DNA from: Candidatus Fervidifonticultor sextus
GTDB taxonomy: Bacteria > Sysuimicrobiota > Sysuimicrobiia > Sysuimicrobiales > Humicultoraceae
Direction: 5' to 3'
Assembly (NCBI GenBank): GCA_031459875.1
Contig: JAVKHQ010000001.1
Location: forward strand, 247,718 to 311,717
DNA length: 64,000 nt
Part shown: in pieces, positions 46,028 through 56,378 of the stretch
How positions within the stretch are numbered: the first letter of the stretch is position 1
How the letters are laid out: each line of letters begins with the position of its first letter
The notes under the pieces: model-generated
Told to the model about the DNA's origin: nothing
Database searches by the model: none
Seen by the model: the letters and a program-made list of their open reading frames with translations, nothing else
Made by a program: the position numbers and the translations under genes

Positions 46028-47929
46028 CTACACCCTCGCGGCGACCTCGCCCTGCACCCGCGCCATGAACTGCTCCAGCGGCATCGGCCCCAGGTCACCG
46101 GCCGAGCGGCTGCGCACCGCCACCGTCCCGGCGCCGACCTCTCTGTCGCCGACGATCGCCATGTACGGGACGTGCTCCACCTGCGCCTGACGGACCTTGT
46201 AGCTGATCCGGTCATTGGAATCGTCCACGGTGGCGCGCAAGCCAGCGCCCAAGAGGCGCTCACGGATCCGCCGGGCGTAGTCGTGATGCCGGTCGGCGAT
46301 GGGCAGGACCCGCACGTGCTCTGGCGACAGCCACACCGGCAGCGCGCCCGCATAGTGCTCGACGAGGATCCCGATGAACCGCTCCAGCGACCCGTAGATG
46401 ACGCGGTGGATGACGGCCGGCGTCTTCTCCTGCCCGTCGCGGTCGTGGTAGGTGAGTCCGAACCGGCGCGGCATCTGGAAGTCGAGCTGAATCGTCCCGG
46501 TCTGCCACTCGCGCCCCAGGGAGTCCTTCATGAGGATGTCGATCTTGGGGCCGTAGAAGGCGCCCTCACCTCCTGCCACCTCGTACGGCCTGCCGCTGGA
46601 TTCCAGGATCTCCCGTAGCTCCCGCTCCGCCCTGTCCCACACCGCGGGGTCGCCCATGAACTTCTCTGGCCTCGTGCTCAGCCGCAGCCGGTATTCGATG
46701 TCAAAGACCGAGTAGAAGCGCTCGGTGATGGCCAGGATCTCCCGGTACTCTTCCTTGATCTGATCCTCCGCGACGAAGATGTGCGCGTCGTCCTGCGAGA
46801 ACTCCCGTACCCGCAGGAGGCCGTACAGCGTCCCGGAACGCTCGAAGCGATGGAGGATGTCGGTGTCCGACAGGCGCAGGGGCAGGTCGCGGTAGCTGCG
46901 CGTGCGGCTGGCGAACACGACCATGGCGTTGGGACAGTTCATGGGCTTGAGGGCGTAGACTTCCTCGTCGGGGGTGGACATGATGAACATGCTGTCCCGG
47001 AAGTGCTCCCAGTGACCGGATCGTTCGTAGAGCTCCTGCTTGTTGACCAGCGGCGAACGGATCTCCTGATAGCCCCGCCGCTCGTGTTCGGCCCGCCAGA
47101 AGGCGATCATCTCGTTGAGGACGATGAGGCCGCGCGGCAGCCAGTAGGGCATGCCCGGGGCTGTCTCGTGGAACATGAACAGCCCCAGCTGCGGCCCCAG
47201 CTTGCGGTGGTCCCGTCGGCGGGCCTCCTCCAGGCGGTGCAGGTGGGCGTCCAGCTGCTCCTGCGTTGGATACGAGACGCCGTAGATCCGCTGCAGCATC
47301 GGCCGGCGTTCGTCGCCGCGCCAGTAGGCACCAGAGGTCGCCAGCAGCTTGATGGCCCGGATGTGCCCCGTGCTGGGCAGGTGCGGCCCCCGGCACATGT
47401 CGGCGAACCCGTCCTGCCGGTAAAAACTCACGCGCTCGTCGGGGATGTCCTCCAGCAGTTCGAGCTTGTAGACCTCGCCCTGCTCCTCGTACATGCGGCG
47501 CACCTCGTCCCTGGGGATCTCGACGCGCTCGATGGGCTGATCGCGGGCAGCGAGTTCGCGCATGCGCGCCTCGATGCGCTCCAGGTCCTCCGGCGAAAAC
47601 GGCCGGCCGATGTCGAAGTCGTAGTAGAAGCCGTCTTCAATGGGCGGACCGATGGCCAGCTTCGCTTCGGGGAAGAGCTGCTTGACGGCCTGCGCCATCA
47701 GGTGCGCGGTGGAGTGCCAGTACACCTCGCGGCCTGCAGGCTCGTTGAAGGTGACGAACTCGACGCGGGCGTCCTCCCTGACGGCCGCCGAGAGGTCCCG
47801 CAGGCGGCCATCCACGAAGGCGGCCAGAGCATGGCGAACGCCCAGGCGCTCGGCCAGGTCCCGCAGGGTACTCCCGGCGGCGACCTGATGCCTGGTGCCG
47901 TCAGGCAGTTCCACGATCACCTGTCCCAT
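46028..47929 (-). CDS. thrS: Threonine--tRNA ligase
   Basis: TGS domain, HSTAHLMAQAV, DMCRGPH, GAYWRGD, RDHRKLG, LKPMNCP, GAFYGPKID, IHRVIYGSLERF. Confidence 0.97.
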   Translation of the reverse strand: MGQVIVELPDGTRHQVAAGSTLRDLAERLGVRHALAAFVDGRLRDLSAAVREDARVEFVTFNEPAGREVYWHSTAHLMAQAVKQLFPEAKLAIGPPIEDGFYYDFDIGRPFSPEDLERIEARMRELAARDQPIERVEIPRDEVRRMYEEQGEVYKLELLEDIPDERVSFYRQDGFADMCRGPHLPSTGHIRAIKLLATSGAYWRGDERRPMLQRIYGVSYPTQEQLDAHLHRLEEARRRDHRKLGPQLGLFMFHETAPGMPYWLPRGLIVLNEMIAFWRAEHERRGYQEIRSPLVNKQELYERSGHWEHFRDSMFIMSTPDEEVYALKPMNCPNAMVVFASRTRSYRDLPLRLSDTDILHRFERSGTLYGLLRVREFSQDDAHIFVAEDQIKEEYREILAITERFYSVFDIEYRLRLSTRPEKFMGDPAVWDRAERELREILESSGRPYEVAGGEGAFYGPKIDILMKDSLGREWQTGTIQLDFQMPRRFGLTYHDRDGQEKTPAVIHRVIYGSLERFIGILVEHYAGALPVWLSPEHVRVLPIADRHHDYARRIRERLLGAGLRATVDDSNDRISYKVRQAQVEHVPYMAIVGDREVGAGTVAVRSRSAGDLGPMPLEQFMARVQGEVAARV

Positions 47930-47944
47930 CGCGACTCCCTCCCG

Positions 47945-48232
47945 ACAACAAACAAACCCGCCCCCAGAGGGGCGGGCTTCCGCGGTTCCACCCTCACGTC
48001 CGTCCGGCCGCATCGCGCCGACAGGCCCATGGCGGCCGGACGCTCGCTGCGCGATTTCGGGCGCACCCGGCGGACTTACTGGGCGGCAGACCGCCGTTCG
48101 TCCGCGGCTCCGAGGGGGTCTTCCGCCGGACCGGCCGGGTGGGCTCGCAGCCGATGGCCCTGCCTCTCTCGTCCCGCCCCGATGTGGGGGCCTGACCGGA
48201 CGCCGGCGTACTCGTCCTCGTCGTCGCCGACC
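47945..48232 (-). ncRNA. Threonine T-box riboswitch leader of thrS
   Basis: GAGTA box, GAGAG bulge, GCTG loop, specifier GAA-G-ACC (Thr, 48117-48119), T-box GAGGGTGGAACCGCG (47981-47995), terminator GCCCGCCCCTCTGGGGGCGGGT-TTGTTTGTTG. Confidence 0.92.
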
Positions 48233-48241
48233 TACAGGGTG

Positions 48242-48270
48242 ATCTTAGGCGCCGCGAGGTTCGCTGTCAA
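48242..48270 (-). promoter_or_regulatory. sigma70 promoter of thrS leader
   Basis: TTGACA-17 bp-TAAGAT, inside the 3' end of the AroM gene. Confidence 0.75.
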
Positions 48271-48937
48271 TTCCAAGGATCTCGGCGGCCGTCCGCGCCA
48301 GCACCGTGCGGGCCAGCAGGGCGGGACGCCTGACTTTCTCGACCACCTGCCGCTTGAGGGCCACCGTGTAGCCCAGACAGTCGAGGACGACCAGGTCCAC
48401 CCGCGCCGACGCCAGTGCCGCGCAGGCGGCCTCCAGATCGTCTCCCTGCCGGTACGGCGAGAACGCCCGGACCACCACCATCGAGCCCACCTCGCGCCAG
48501 CGCCGCTCCTGGTGGGGGATCTGCCTGGCCGAGGGGGTGAGCACGCCGAGGCGACCGTCGGAGGCGACCGCGCGGGCCGTCTGGAAGAGCAGGCGGTCCG
48601 GATAGAGCAGCAGGCGGCGGGTCCGGAACGACGGGAAGGTCCCCGTGCAGAGCATGAGGATCAGCTCGGCCTCATCCTGCACGCGATCGAGGCAGGCCTG
48701 CACCAGCGGCAGGATCCGGCGGTGGGCGACCAGGACTTCGGTCCCGTCCCGCAGACGCGTCACCAGGGTGTGATCGTCGCCGACCGGCGCCAGGGCAGCG
48801 ATGTCCTCGCGGCTCAGGCCATCCAGGGCGCCCGCCTCGATCAGGCGCACCCCGGGGCCCAGCAGCGGGGCGATCTCCCCGGTGATGTCGGTGCGCGGAC
48901 TCTGCCCGATGGTCACCGCTGCGATGCTAGAAGGCAT
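48245..48937 (-). CDS. AroM family protein
   Basis: VTIGQSPRTD, EAGALDGL, LVTRLRDG, LMLCTGTF, LDCLGYT. Confidence 0.88.
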   Translation of the reverse strand: MPSSIAAVTIGQSPRTDITGEIAPLLGPGVRLIEAGALDGLSREDIAALAPVGDDHTLVTRLRDGTEVLVAHRRILPLVQACLDRVQDEAELILMLCTGTFPSFRTRRLLLYPDRLLFQTARAVASDGRLGVLTPSARQIPHQERRWREVGSMVVVRAFSPYRQGDDLEAACAALASARVDLVVLDCLGYTVALKRQVVEKVRRPALLARTVLARTAAEILGIDSEPRGA

Positions 48938-50012
48938 AGCGCACGACCTCCTTGCCGATCGCCCGCTCCACGTCCCTGAACAACTGGGGATCGCGCATGC
49001 CCGCACCCAGGATCAACCGGGCCTTGGGCGCGACCAGGATAGCCACCCGCCTGCCCGACTCGATCTCCGCCGCGGCCACCGGGAGACCGTCCTCGGGGTT
49101 CAGTGTGGTGATCAGGTCCGGGAAGGTCGCGGTGCGCTGACCGTCACTGTCGAGGGTCATGTACTCGTTCCAGACCGCCAGTTCGTGACGCCCACGCCGG
49201 CCGGCCACGTCCACCCTACCGACGTCGTAGCCCCCCGAGACATCCAGGCGGGTGCCCTCGACGGTCCCCACGTCCACGATCTGCCCGCCTACGGCCTCCG
49301 CGACCGACTGCAGGGCGGCTGCCCCGCCCCGGACTCTGGCGCCGATGAGCGCTTCGCCCACGGCGAGGGCCTGCCGGATCGCACCGGGGGCGCCGTGCTC
49401 GCGTACGTAGGACTGCGGCACCGGATCACGCGCCACCGCCACAATGCCTCCGGCCTCCACCGAGGCCCCCCGGATGAGCGCTGCGGTCCTCGCCAGCGCC
49501 CCCGCCGCGTGGACTTCCAGGTAGCGGCCGGTCGCCGGATTCCCGCCGACGGCCACCTGATGCGACGTGTAGCCGGGCTGCCGGTGCAGCCCCATGGCTC
49601 CCATCAATCCGGTGGGATGGGCCCGGCCATTGCAGGGGGCGTCCACCACCGGCACGCCCAGCGCCGCGGCCTGCAGCCAGCCGTTGACCGTGGCGCTGGC
49701 GCCATTCTCGTTGGCGATGATGCCGCCCAGACGGATCCCCGTCCGCTCGACCAGCACCTGCACCGCGCGGATGTAGTCCACCGGCCGGACAAACCGTTCT
49801 TTCGGTGAGGGGGCCCCGACGGCGGCCACGGTGACGATCATGGCGTCGGGAGCGAGGTCGTCCACGGCGGCGAGTTCGGGCGTGCCCAGTTGGACGGCCA
49901 GGCGTCCCCGCTCCAGTCCGTCAGGAATCCACCCCCCACCGCCTCCGCCAAGCACCGCACCGCCCAACACCGCGGCTTCGACGTGGTGGGCTGTCAGGCG
50001 CAGCCGGTTCAT
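48927..50012 (-). CDS. DUF917 family protein
   Basis: AAVLGGAVLGGGGGG, VGAPS, NENG...TVNGW, D.PCNGRAHPTG.MG, WNEYM, TFPDLI. Confidence 0.85.
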   Translation of the reverse strand: MNRLRLTAHHVEAAVLGGAVLGGGGGGWIPDGLERGRLAVQLGTPELAAVDDLAPDAMIVTVAAVGAPSPKERFVRPVDYIRAVQVLVERTGIRLGGIIANENGASATVNGWLQAAALGVPVVDAPCNGRAHPTGLMGAMGLHRQPGYTSHQVAVGGNPATGRYLEVHAAGALARTAALIRGASVEAGGIVAVARDPVPQSYVREHGAPGAIRQALAVGEALIGARVRGGAAALQSVAEAVGGQIVDVGTVEGTRLDVSGGYDVGRVDVAGRRGRHELAVWNEYMTLDSDGQRTATFPDLITTLNPEDGLPVAAAEIESGRRVAILVAPKARLILGAGMRDPQLFRDVERAIGKEVVRYAF

Positions 50013-50100
50013 CCTGCCAGGCGCATCAGGCCGCCCTCCCTGGCCTCCGCGCTCCTCCTGGACCCATGCTATCACGCTCCCCCGCGGACCGCGCCTCCGA

Positions 50101-51048
50101 CTACCGGGGGATTCCGTCCACGTAGATGGCCGAAGGAAAGAGGAACTGCAGCGCCCCGCTGCCCATGCCGCCCAGGGTCGTCCACCCGGCGCCGGACATG
50201 TTGTCCATCCGGATGATCCGGTGGGCCTCATCGGTCACGTAGATGCGTCCGGCGCCGTCGAGGAAGAGCCCGGTGGGGAAGGTCAACAGGCTGGGGCCCC
50301 CGTCCGAGGCGCTGAACGTCGTCCACCCGGCTCCGGTCATGTCGTTGATGCGCACGATGCGCTCGTTGCTGGAATCCGTCACGTAGATACGGCCGTCGCG
50401 GTCCACGGCCACGCCCGCCGGGAACTCGAACTGCCCGGGGCCACCTCCCTTCCGGCCGAAGGCGACCCACCCGGCACCGCTCATGTCGTCCACGCGCACG
50501 ATCCGGTCGTTGAGGGCGTCGGCGATGTAGAGGCGACCCGCCCCGTCGAGGAACAGGCCCTGGGGAAAGTTGAACTGGCGGGGGCCGCTCCCGCGGCTGC
50601 CCAGCGCCGTCCAGCCCGCCCCGGTCATGTCGTTGATGCGGACGATGCGGTGGTTGGTCGCATCGGCCACGTAGATGCGGCCCGCGCCGTCCGTGGCGAT
50701 GCCGACCGGGAACCCGAACTCGCCCGGACCGACGCCCCTCCGGCCGAAGGCCACCCACCCGGCGCCGCTCATGTCGTCCACGCGCACGATCCTGAAATGC
50801 GCCGGATCGGTGGCGTAGATGCGGCCGGCCCGATCGAGGGTGATCCCGGACTGGAAGGCGAAGGTTCGGCCTCCGGCATCGCGATGGCGCAGCACCGTCC
50901 AGCCGGCGCCCGACATGTCGCTGATGCGGAGGATGCGCTCGTTGCCCGCATCGTTGACGTAGATGGCACTGCGGACGGCCTGGGCCAGCAGCGGCCAGGG
51001 GGCCGCCGACGCGACCGCGAGGAGCACGAACGCGATGCCCCGCGCCAT
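50101..51048 (-). CDS. Secreted six-repeat NHL beta-propeller protein
   Basis: Signal peptide; six ~48-aa repeats RIYVxDxxNxRIVRxxDMxGAGWxxxGxxGxGxxQFxFPxGxxxD. Confidence 0.88.
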   Translation of the reverse strand: MARGIAFVLLAVASAAPWPLLAQAVRSAIYVNDAGNERILRISDMSGAGWTVLRHRDAGGRTFAFQSGITLDRAGRIYATDPAHFRIVRVDDMSGAGWVAFGRRGVGPGEFGFPVGIATDGAGRIYVADATNHRIVRINDMTGAGWTALGSRGSGPRQFNFPQGLFLDGAGRLYIADALNDRIVRVDDMSGAGWVAFGRKGGGPGQFEFPAGVAVDRDGRIYVTDSSNERIVRINDMTGAGWTTFSASDGGPSLLTFPTGLFLDGAGRIYVTDEAHRIIRMDNMSGAGWTTLGGMGSGALQFLFPSAIYVDGIPR

Positions 51049-52248
51049 CTAGCCTCCGACGGCCGGAACCTGCGGCCGGCCCCGTTCCACCGCCGGCCGC
51101 AGGGCGAGGGTCAACGGCAGGGTCGTCAGCACGACCGCAGCGATCACCGCAAGCGTTCCGGGGACGCCGAGGGCATCGCCCACCATCCCGTAGACGAGGG
51201 GTGCCAGCCCCGAGGCCCCCAGGCTGACGGTGTAGTACAGCCCGTAGGCGCGGGATCGGCGCGCCGGAATCACCAGGTCGGCCACCGTGCCGTAGAGGAC
51301 CGACGAGGTGCCGTTCAGGGCGATCCCCATCGGGATCAGGAGGCCAAGGGCGAGCCCAAGCGGCGCGGCGATGATCGCGGCGATGCCGAGCGCCGTCGCC
51401 GCCTCGGTGATCACCACCATCCGGATCACGCCCAAGCGCTCGGCGAGCAGCCCGCAGACCAACTTCCCGACCGCGCCGCCGACGAAGAGCACCGCCAGCG
51501 CCAGGCCCACCCCGGCGGGTGACGATCCCTTGGCGATCAGGGCGAAGGGCAGGAATACGAGGAAGGCCGACCGCGTGCCGTTGTCGATCAGCCCCATGGC
51601 GGCCAGCGCAAGGAACCCGCGGCTGTCGCGGATCCCCCAGCCTCTTCGGGGGGTGCCCTCGGCCCCGGTCGGCTGCGACCCTCCGGCCCCCAGGCGCGCC
51701 AGGGCAGCCCAGATGGCGCCGGCGCCCAGCAGCCCGAGCGTCCCGTACCCGCCTGCCGCCACGCGCCACCCCACCGCGCCCACGGCCAGCCCCACAGCCG
51801 CGGTCGCGCCGATCTTGCCCACGTCCCCCGAGAAGTTGTAGGCGCCCAGCGCGGCCCGCCTCGGACCGGTCTCATAGGCCTTCGAGACCAGCGACGACGC
51901 CAGAGGATGTTGCACCCCCGAGCCCATCCCGGCGACCAGCAGGATCAGCGCCAGCGATGCGAAGCCTTCCACCCACAGGGCGGCCGCCAGAAAGCCCCAG
52001 GCGGTCACAGCGGTCCCCAGCACGAGCAGACCGCGCTCGCCCCGGCGCTCCGCCAGGAATCCGGCCGGGATCTGGGAGAGCGACATCCCGCCGGTGTAGA
52101 GGGTCTTGATCAGGCCGACCTGCGCGTAGGACAGGTGGAACTGCGCGGCCCAGACCGGGAAGAGCACATAGAGGATGTCCGAAAATCCGTCGTGGAGGAC
52201 GTGCACGAGGTTCGAGACCGCCAGGATCAGGCGTCCCCGGGGCTGCAC
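51049..52248 (-). CDS. MFS transporter (Fsr-like)
   Basis: About 12 TM; QIPAGFLAERRG, GSGVQHPLAS, GLLAERLG; start approximate. Confidence 0.88.
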   Translation of the reverse strand: MQPRGRLILAVSNLVHVLHDGFSDILYVLFPVWAAQFHLSYAQVGLIKTLYTGGMSLSQIPAGFLAERRGERGLLVLGTAVTAWGFLAAALWVEGFASLALILLVAGMGSGVQHPLASSLVSKAYETGPRRAALGAYNFSGDVGKIGATAAVGLAVGAVGWRVAAGGYGTLGLLGAGAIWAALARLGAGGSQPTGAEGTPRRGWGIRDSRGFLALAAMGLIDNGTRSAFLVFLPFALIAKGSSPAGVGLALAVLFVGGAVGKLVCGLLAERLGVIRMVVITEAATALGIAAIIAAPLGLALGLLIPMGIALNGTSSVLYGTVADLVIPARRSRAYGLYYTVSLGASGLAPLVYGMVGDALGVPGTLAVIAAVVLTTLPLTLALRPAVERGRPQVPAVGG

Positions 52249-52481
52249 GTCCCGATCATCCCCGAGGCTGCCTCGGCCGGTCAAGTGGCACAGGCACGTG
52301 GGGTTCGGGGACCCGGCACGCCCCCACGCCTAGCGCGACCCGCTGTTGGGCACATCCCGAATGACACCAGCACGACCAAGCGCCGGGTCCGGCCGTGTGC
52401 GGGCCGCCATCCCGGTCCCGGCAGTCCCCCGATAGTGTGACGGCGTCGCCGGAACCCTCACGGTGGGGGAGGAGGACGATC

Positions 52482-53072
52482 GTGCATCTCCCGCCGGAAC
52501 TCCGGCAGCGCATCTACGAGGAGGAGAAGTTCAGACTGGAGGCCCGGATGCGGGCCCACGAGGAGATGCGCCTGCGGCGGCAGACGGCGGGGCTCGTCCT
52601 CAGGGTGTTCGTCGCGCTGATCCTCTTCGCATTCTCGCTCTTCGTCTCGGAATACTACCTGCGCCAGCGCCAGCCCCTGCCGGTGGTCAGCGCGCCTGCG
52701 CGGCCGGCCGATCCCGTGGTCAGCCAGGCCGTGCTCGACGACATCACGGGGATCCTGCGGCCCGACGCCCAGGCCGAGGTGTGCGCACTGACGGTGGTCA
52801 GGATCCGTCCCCAGGTGAGGGCGACGATCGAACTGGCCCGCGACACGTCGCGGGACGCGGCCAGGCGCACGGCCATGGAGAAGGCCAAAGTCGTGGGCGC
52901 CACGCTCCGGAAGCACGGCCTGGCGGTCCCAGCCTACGTGGAGATCTTCTCCCCGGCGCGGTGGTACGGGGTCGCGACCTACGACAGCGACACCCTGAAG
53001 GTCACGTGGGATCCCTGCCCGGGACGGTGCGAAGAAGAAGGCACGCTGCACGTGCGGCGGTGCCGTGGGTAG
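52482..53072 (+). CDS. Hypothetical single-pass membrane protein
   Basis: GGAGGAGG RBS before GTG 52482; charged N-terminus (ELRQRIYEEEKFRLE), one TM, C-terminal domain with Cys residues. Confidence 0.65.
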   Translation: MHLPPELRQRIYEEEKFRLEARMRAHEEMRLRRQTAGLVLRVFVALILFAFSLFVSEYYLRQRQPLPVVSAPARPADPVVSQAVLDDITGILRPDAQAEVCALTVVRIRPQVRATIELARDTSRDAARRTAMEKAKVVGATLRKHGLAVPAYVEIFSPARWYGVATYDSDTLKVTWDPCPGRCEEEGTLHVRRCRG

Positions 53073-53081
53073 ACCCCGGCC

Positions 53082-53778
53082 TCACACCGGGCGGACCGCC
53101 CGCCGGGCCCGGCCAAGCCCGCGCCAGGCTTCCACGAAGCCGCCGGGGAACGCCAGGACGACGACGATAAACAGGATCCCGAAGACCAGCAGGTGCACTT
53201 CCACCACGCCAGGAGAAACATTACCAGGCCAACGACCTCGCGGTAGGCGTTGCCGAACAGGAACCCGCTCGTGGGTAGGTCCGGTTGAGGAACAGGTGCA
53301 GGCCGCCCAGGGTCACGAACGCCATGACCAGCGCGCCGAGGCGCGCCAGCGGGACCACCACCGGTCCCAGCCGGAGGATCTGTCCGGCGTAGGAGACGGC
53401 GATGGAGCGCTCGTCGGCCTGCCAGGCCAGGATGGCCAGCGTGTGCAGCACCAGCGCCAGACCGAACCCGATCAGGATCGAGTTCTTGATCTTCTCGTGC
53501 TCGGGGGAGCCGGCCAGGCGCCGGAACAGGCCCCAGTAGAGCCCGGCCCCCACCAGGAACAGCGCGGGGGCACTCAGGCCCAGCGAGAGGAACGGATCGA
53601 CGCCCCAGAGGGTGAACAGCATGAAGGTCGCATACCCGCCGAACATGATCAGTTCGCCGTGCGCGACGTTCAGCATCTTCAGGACGCCGAAGACCAGCGA
53701 CAGGCCCACCGCCCCGAGGCCGTAGACCCCGCCGACCAGCAGGCCGAAGACCGCCCCCTGCAGCAGAATGGTCGTCAT
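53082..53778 (-). pseudogene. Deleted remnants of branched-chain amino acid ABC permeases (LivH N-half, LivH C-tail, LivM C-tail)
   Basis: GL..GG.YGL.AVGLSLVFGVLKMLNVAHGE ending at FLNRTY; then, in other frames, SGFLFGNAYREVVGLVMFLL and HLLVFGILFIVVVLAFPGG. Confidence 0.8.
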
Positions 53779-53793
53779 CGGCGTGGCTGCGGG

Positions 53794-54510
53794 CTAGAGA
53801 CCGACGTAGGCCCGCCGGAAGTCGTCCTGGCTGAGCAACCGCTGTGCGCTCCCCTCCACCACGATCCGTCCTGCCCGAACGACGTAGGCGCGATCGGCCC
53901 GCTCCAGGGCCTAGTAGGCGCTCTGCTCGACCAGCAGCACGGTAACGCCGGCGGCGGCGATGGAGCGCACCGTGTCCAGCACACGTTCCACAATCACCGG
54001 CGCCAGGCCCATGGATGGCTCGTCCAGCATCAGCAGCCGGGGACGGGCCATCAACGCCCGGCCGATGGCCAGCATCTGCTGTTCGCCGCCTGAGAGCGTC
54101 CCCGCGGACTGGTGGCGGCGTTCGGCCAGCACCGGGAACAACACGAAGACCTCGTCCAGGGTAGCCCGCCGCCTGCCGCGGGCCCGATGCGGATAGGCGC
54201 TGAGTTCCAGGTTGTCTTGCACCGTCATGGCCCGGAAGAAGCGCCGGCCCTCGGGCACCAGCGCAAGTCCGCGCGCCACGATTTCATCGGGCGGAAGGGC
54301 GTCGATGGGCTCCCCGTCGAACCGCACACTTCCGCGCAGGGGGCGCATCAACCCCGCGACGGTGCGCAGCAGCGTGGTCTTGCCCGCACCGTTGGGGCCG
54401 ATCAGCGCCACGATCTCCCCCGCCCGCACCTCCAGCGAGACGCCCCACAGCACCTGCTGGTCGCCGTAGGCCGCCTCCAGTTGGCCCACCGCGAGGAGGA
54501 CCTGTGCCAT
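53794..54510 (-). pseudogene. LivF-like ABC ATPase with internal TAG
   Basis: GPNGAGKTT, LVPEGRR, LSGGEQQMLAIGRAL, LDEPSMGL, LLVEQ; stop at 53911-53913, then frame continues ALERADRAYV..G....RAYVGL. Confidence 0.85.
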
Positions 54511-54532
54511 CGGCAGCGGGCGAATCGTGCCC

Positions 54533-55075
54533 TCAGCGGGCTCTGGCGTGCGTGCCCAGGTAGACCTCCACGACCTGGGGCTGCGCCAGCGCCTCGTCGG
54601 TCCGGCCCTCGGCGATCTTGCGGCCCGAGTTCAACACCAGCACGCGGTCGCAGACCGCGCGCACCGCGCGCACGTTGTGCTCCACGAGGATCACGGCCAC
54701 CCGTCGCCCCGGATGCGCTGGAACAGCGCCAGCATGGCGTCCCCCTCGGCGGGATTCAGGCCGCCGATGGGCTCGTCCAGCAGGAGCAGCCTGGGAGCGG
54801 TGGCCAGCACCCTGGCGATCTCCAGCCGTCTGCGTTCCGCCAGCGTGAGCGCGCCAGCCTTGGCGGCTAGGCCGGAGACCTCCAGCAGGCGCGCCGCCTC
54901 CCCGCGCGCGGCGGGGAGCGTCGGAGCCCGCCCGCGCCCTACAGCGCGGCGACCAGGACGCTCTCCAGGACGGTGAGGCCGCCCAGGACCCGTACCAATT
55001 GGAACGTCCGGGCGATCCTCAGGGCGCTGCGCAGGCTGGGCGGATCGGCGGTGATGCGCCGGCCCGCAACAGGGC
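54533..55075 (-). pseudogene. LivG-like ABC ATPase remnant (Walker A missing, frameshifts)
   Basis: IARTFQLVR, RRLEIARVLATAPRLLLLDEPIGGLNP and LVEHNVRAV..CDRVLVLNSGRKIAEG..VYLG in separate frames. Confidence 0.82.
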
Positions 55076-55084
55076 ACCGATGGC

Positions 55085-56289
55085 CTAGCGCCCTCGCCAG
55101 GGCGGCGCCGGGTAGAGGAACGGCGATCCGCCCTCCTTCGGCCACACCCGCACCTGGCGGCCGCCCTGCCACTGCACCACGACGAACGGCGCGACGCCCG
55201 TCCCGTCGGCGCGGAAGCGGACGGGCCCCATGACCGTCTGCAGGTTGCTCGTGGCCGCCATGGCGTCCCGGATGGCCACCGGGTCGATCCGGCCCGCGCG
55301 CTCGACGGCGTCCGCGGCCACCTGGACACATGCGTAGGAGGGCCCGGTGATTACGTCGGCCGGCCGAAGCGCTGCTGGTGCTTGGGTTGAGTTCGGCGAC
55401 GCCTGGTGCGTTGAAGGAGTTGTGCCAGCCAGGGATGAGCAGGACGTAGTCTCCGCCCCTGCCCAGGGCCTGGGTCCAGGTTACGGTGTCGGGGCCCGGA
55501 TCATCAGGATGGCCTTGGGCGGAAAATCCAGTTCCTTCATCTGCTGGATCATCGCCAGCCCATCCGGAGGGATGGGCAGGGAGAAGACGGCCTCGGCCCC
55601 GGCCCCTTTGGCCCGCAGGATGATGTCGGAATAGTCACGCGTCCCCACCGAGTACTCGGCCGAGAGCACGATCTGGTAGCCAAATTCCGCCGAGCGGGCG
55701 GTCCACAGCCGGTCCAGTTCGCGGCCCCAGTCGGTCCGTTCGATGAACAGGGCCACCCGGCGGGGGCGCTGGTCGGCCGGCACACTGTCGTTGAGGAACC
55801 GGTAGATGCCCACGGCGATGTCCGGCGACTTCACGAACGGCGAGAAGAGGAACTTGAAACCCTGCTGGTGGATCCCCCACAGGGCAAAGGCCACGCCGCA
55901 GTACGGGATGCGGTTCTTCTCGGCGACGGCGGCCGCCGCGGCGTGCAGGCTGCTGCCGAAGCCGCCCAGGTAGACGGTCGCGCCCTGCGTCGCCAGCGTC
56001 TCCAGGCGGCTGACGGTCTTCGTGGGATCCGATTCGTCGTCCAGGATCGTCAGGTCCAGCCGGACGCGGCTGCTGCCGACCGAACGCCGCCGCGGGCGTT
56101 GATGTCTTCGACCGCGATCTCGTAGCCCGCCTTGACCTGCGCGCCCCCGCTGGCGAAGGCGCCGGTCAGCGGGATCACGGCCCCCAGCCGGACCGGGCCC
56201 GCCGGCCCGCCCCATCCTCGCGGCGACAGCAGGCCGACGGTGATGCCGACACCGAGCACAACCCAGATAACCCTCCGCGTGCACTCCAC
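55085..56289 (-). pseudogene. Branched-chain amino acid ABC substrate-binding protein, frameshifted
   Basis: RLGAVIPLTGAFASGG..GYEIAVEDINARGG / LTILDDESDP..LGGFGS / DAVERAG..TVMGPVRF..VVQWQGG..VWP pieces in different frames. Confidence 0.82.
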
Positions 56290-56378
56290 CCCCAGAGTGT
56301 CTTCTCGCGGCTTTGCCCTGCCAACCCTTCCTGATCGGCGCCGCCGCAGCGCCACAAACGAGGGCAGGTTCGACCGGC

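Noticed and set aside
53911..53913. In-frame TAG in livF as pyrrolysine or readthrough recoding
   Set aside because: All neighbouring liv genes are also broken and other genes use TAG as a normal stop; simple nonsense mutation.
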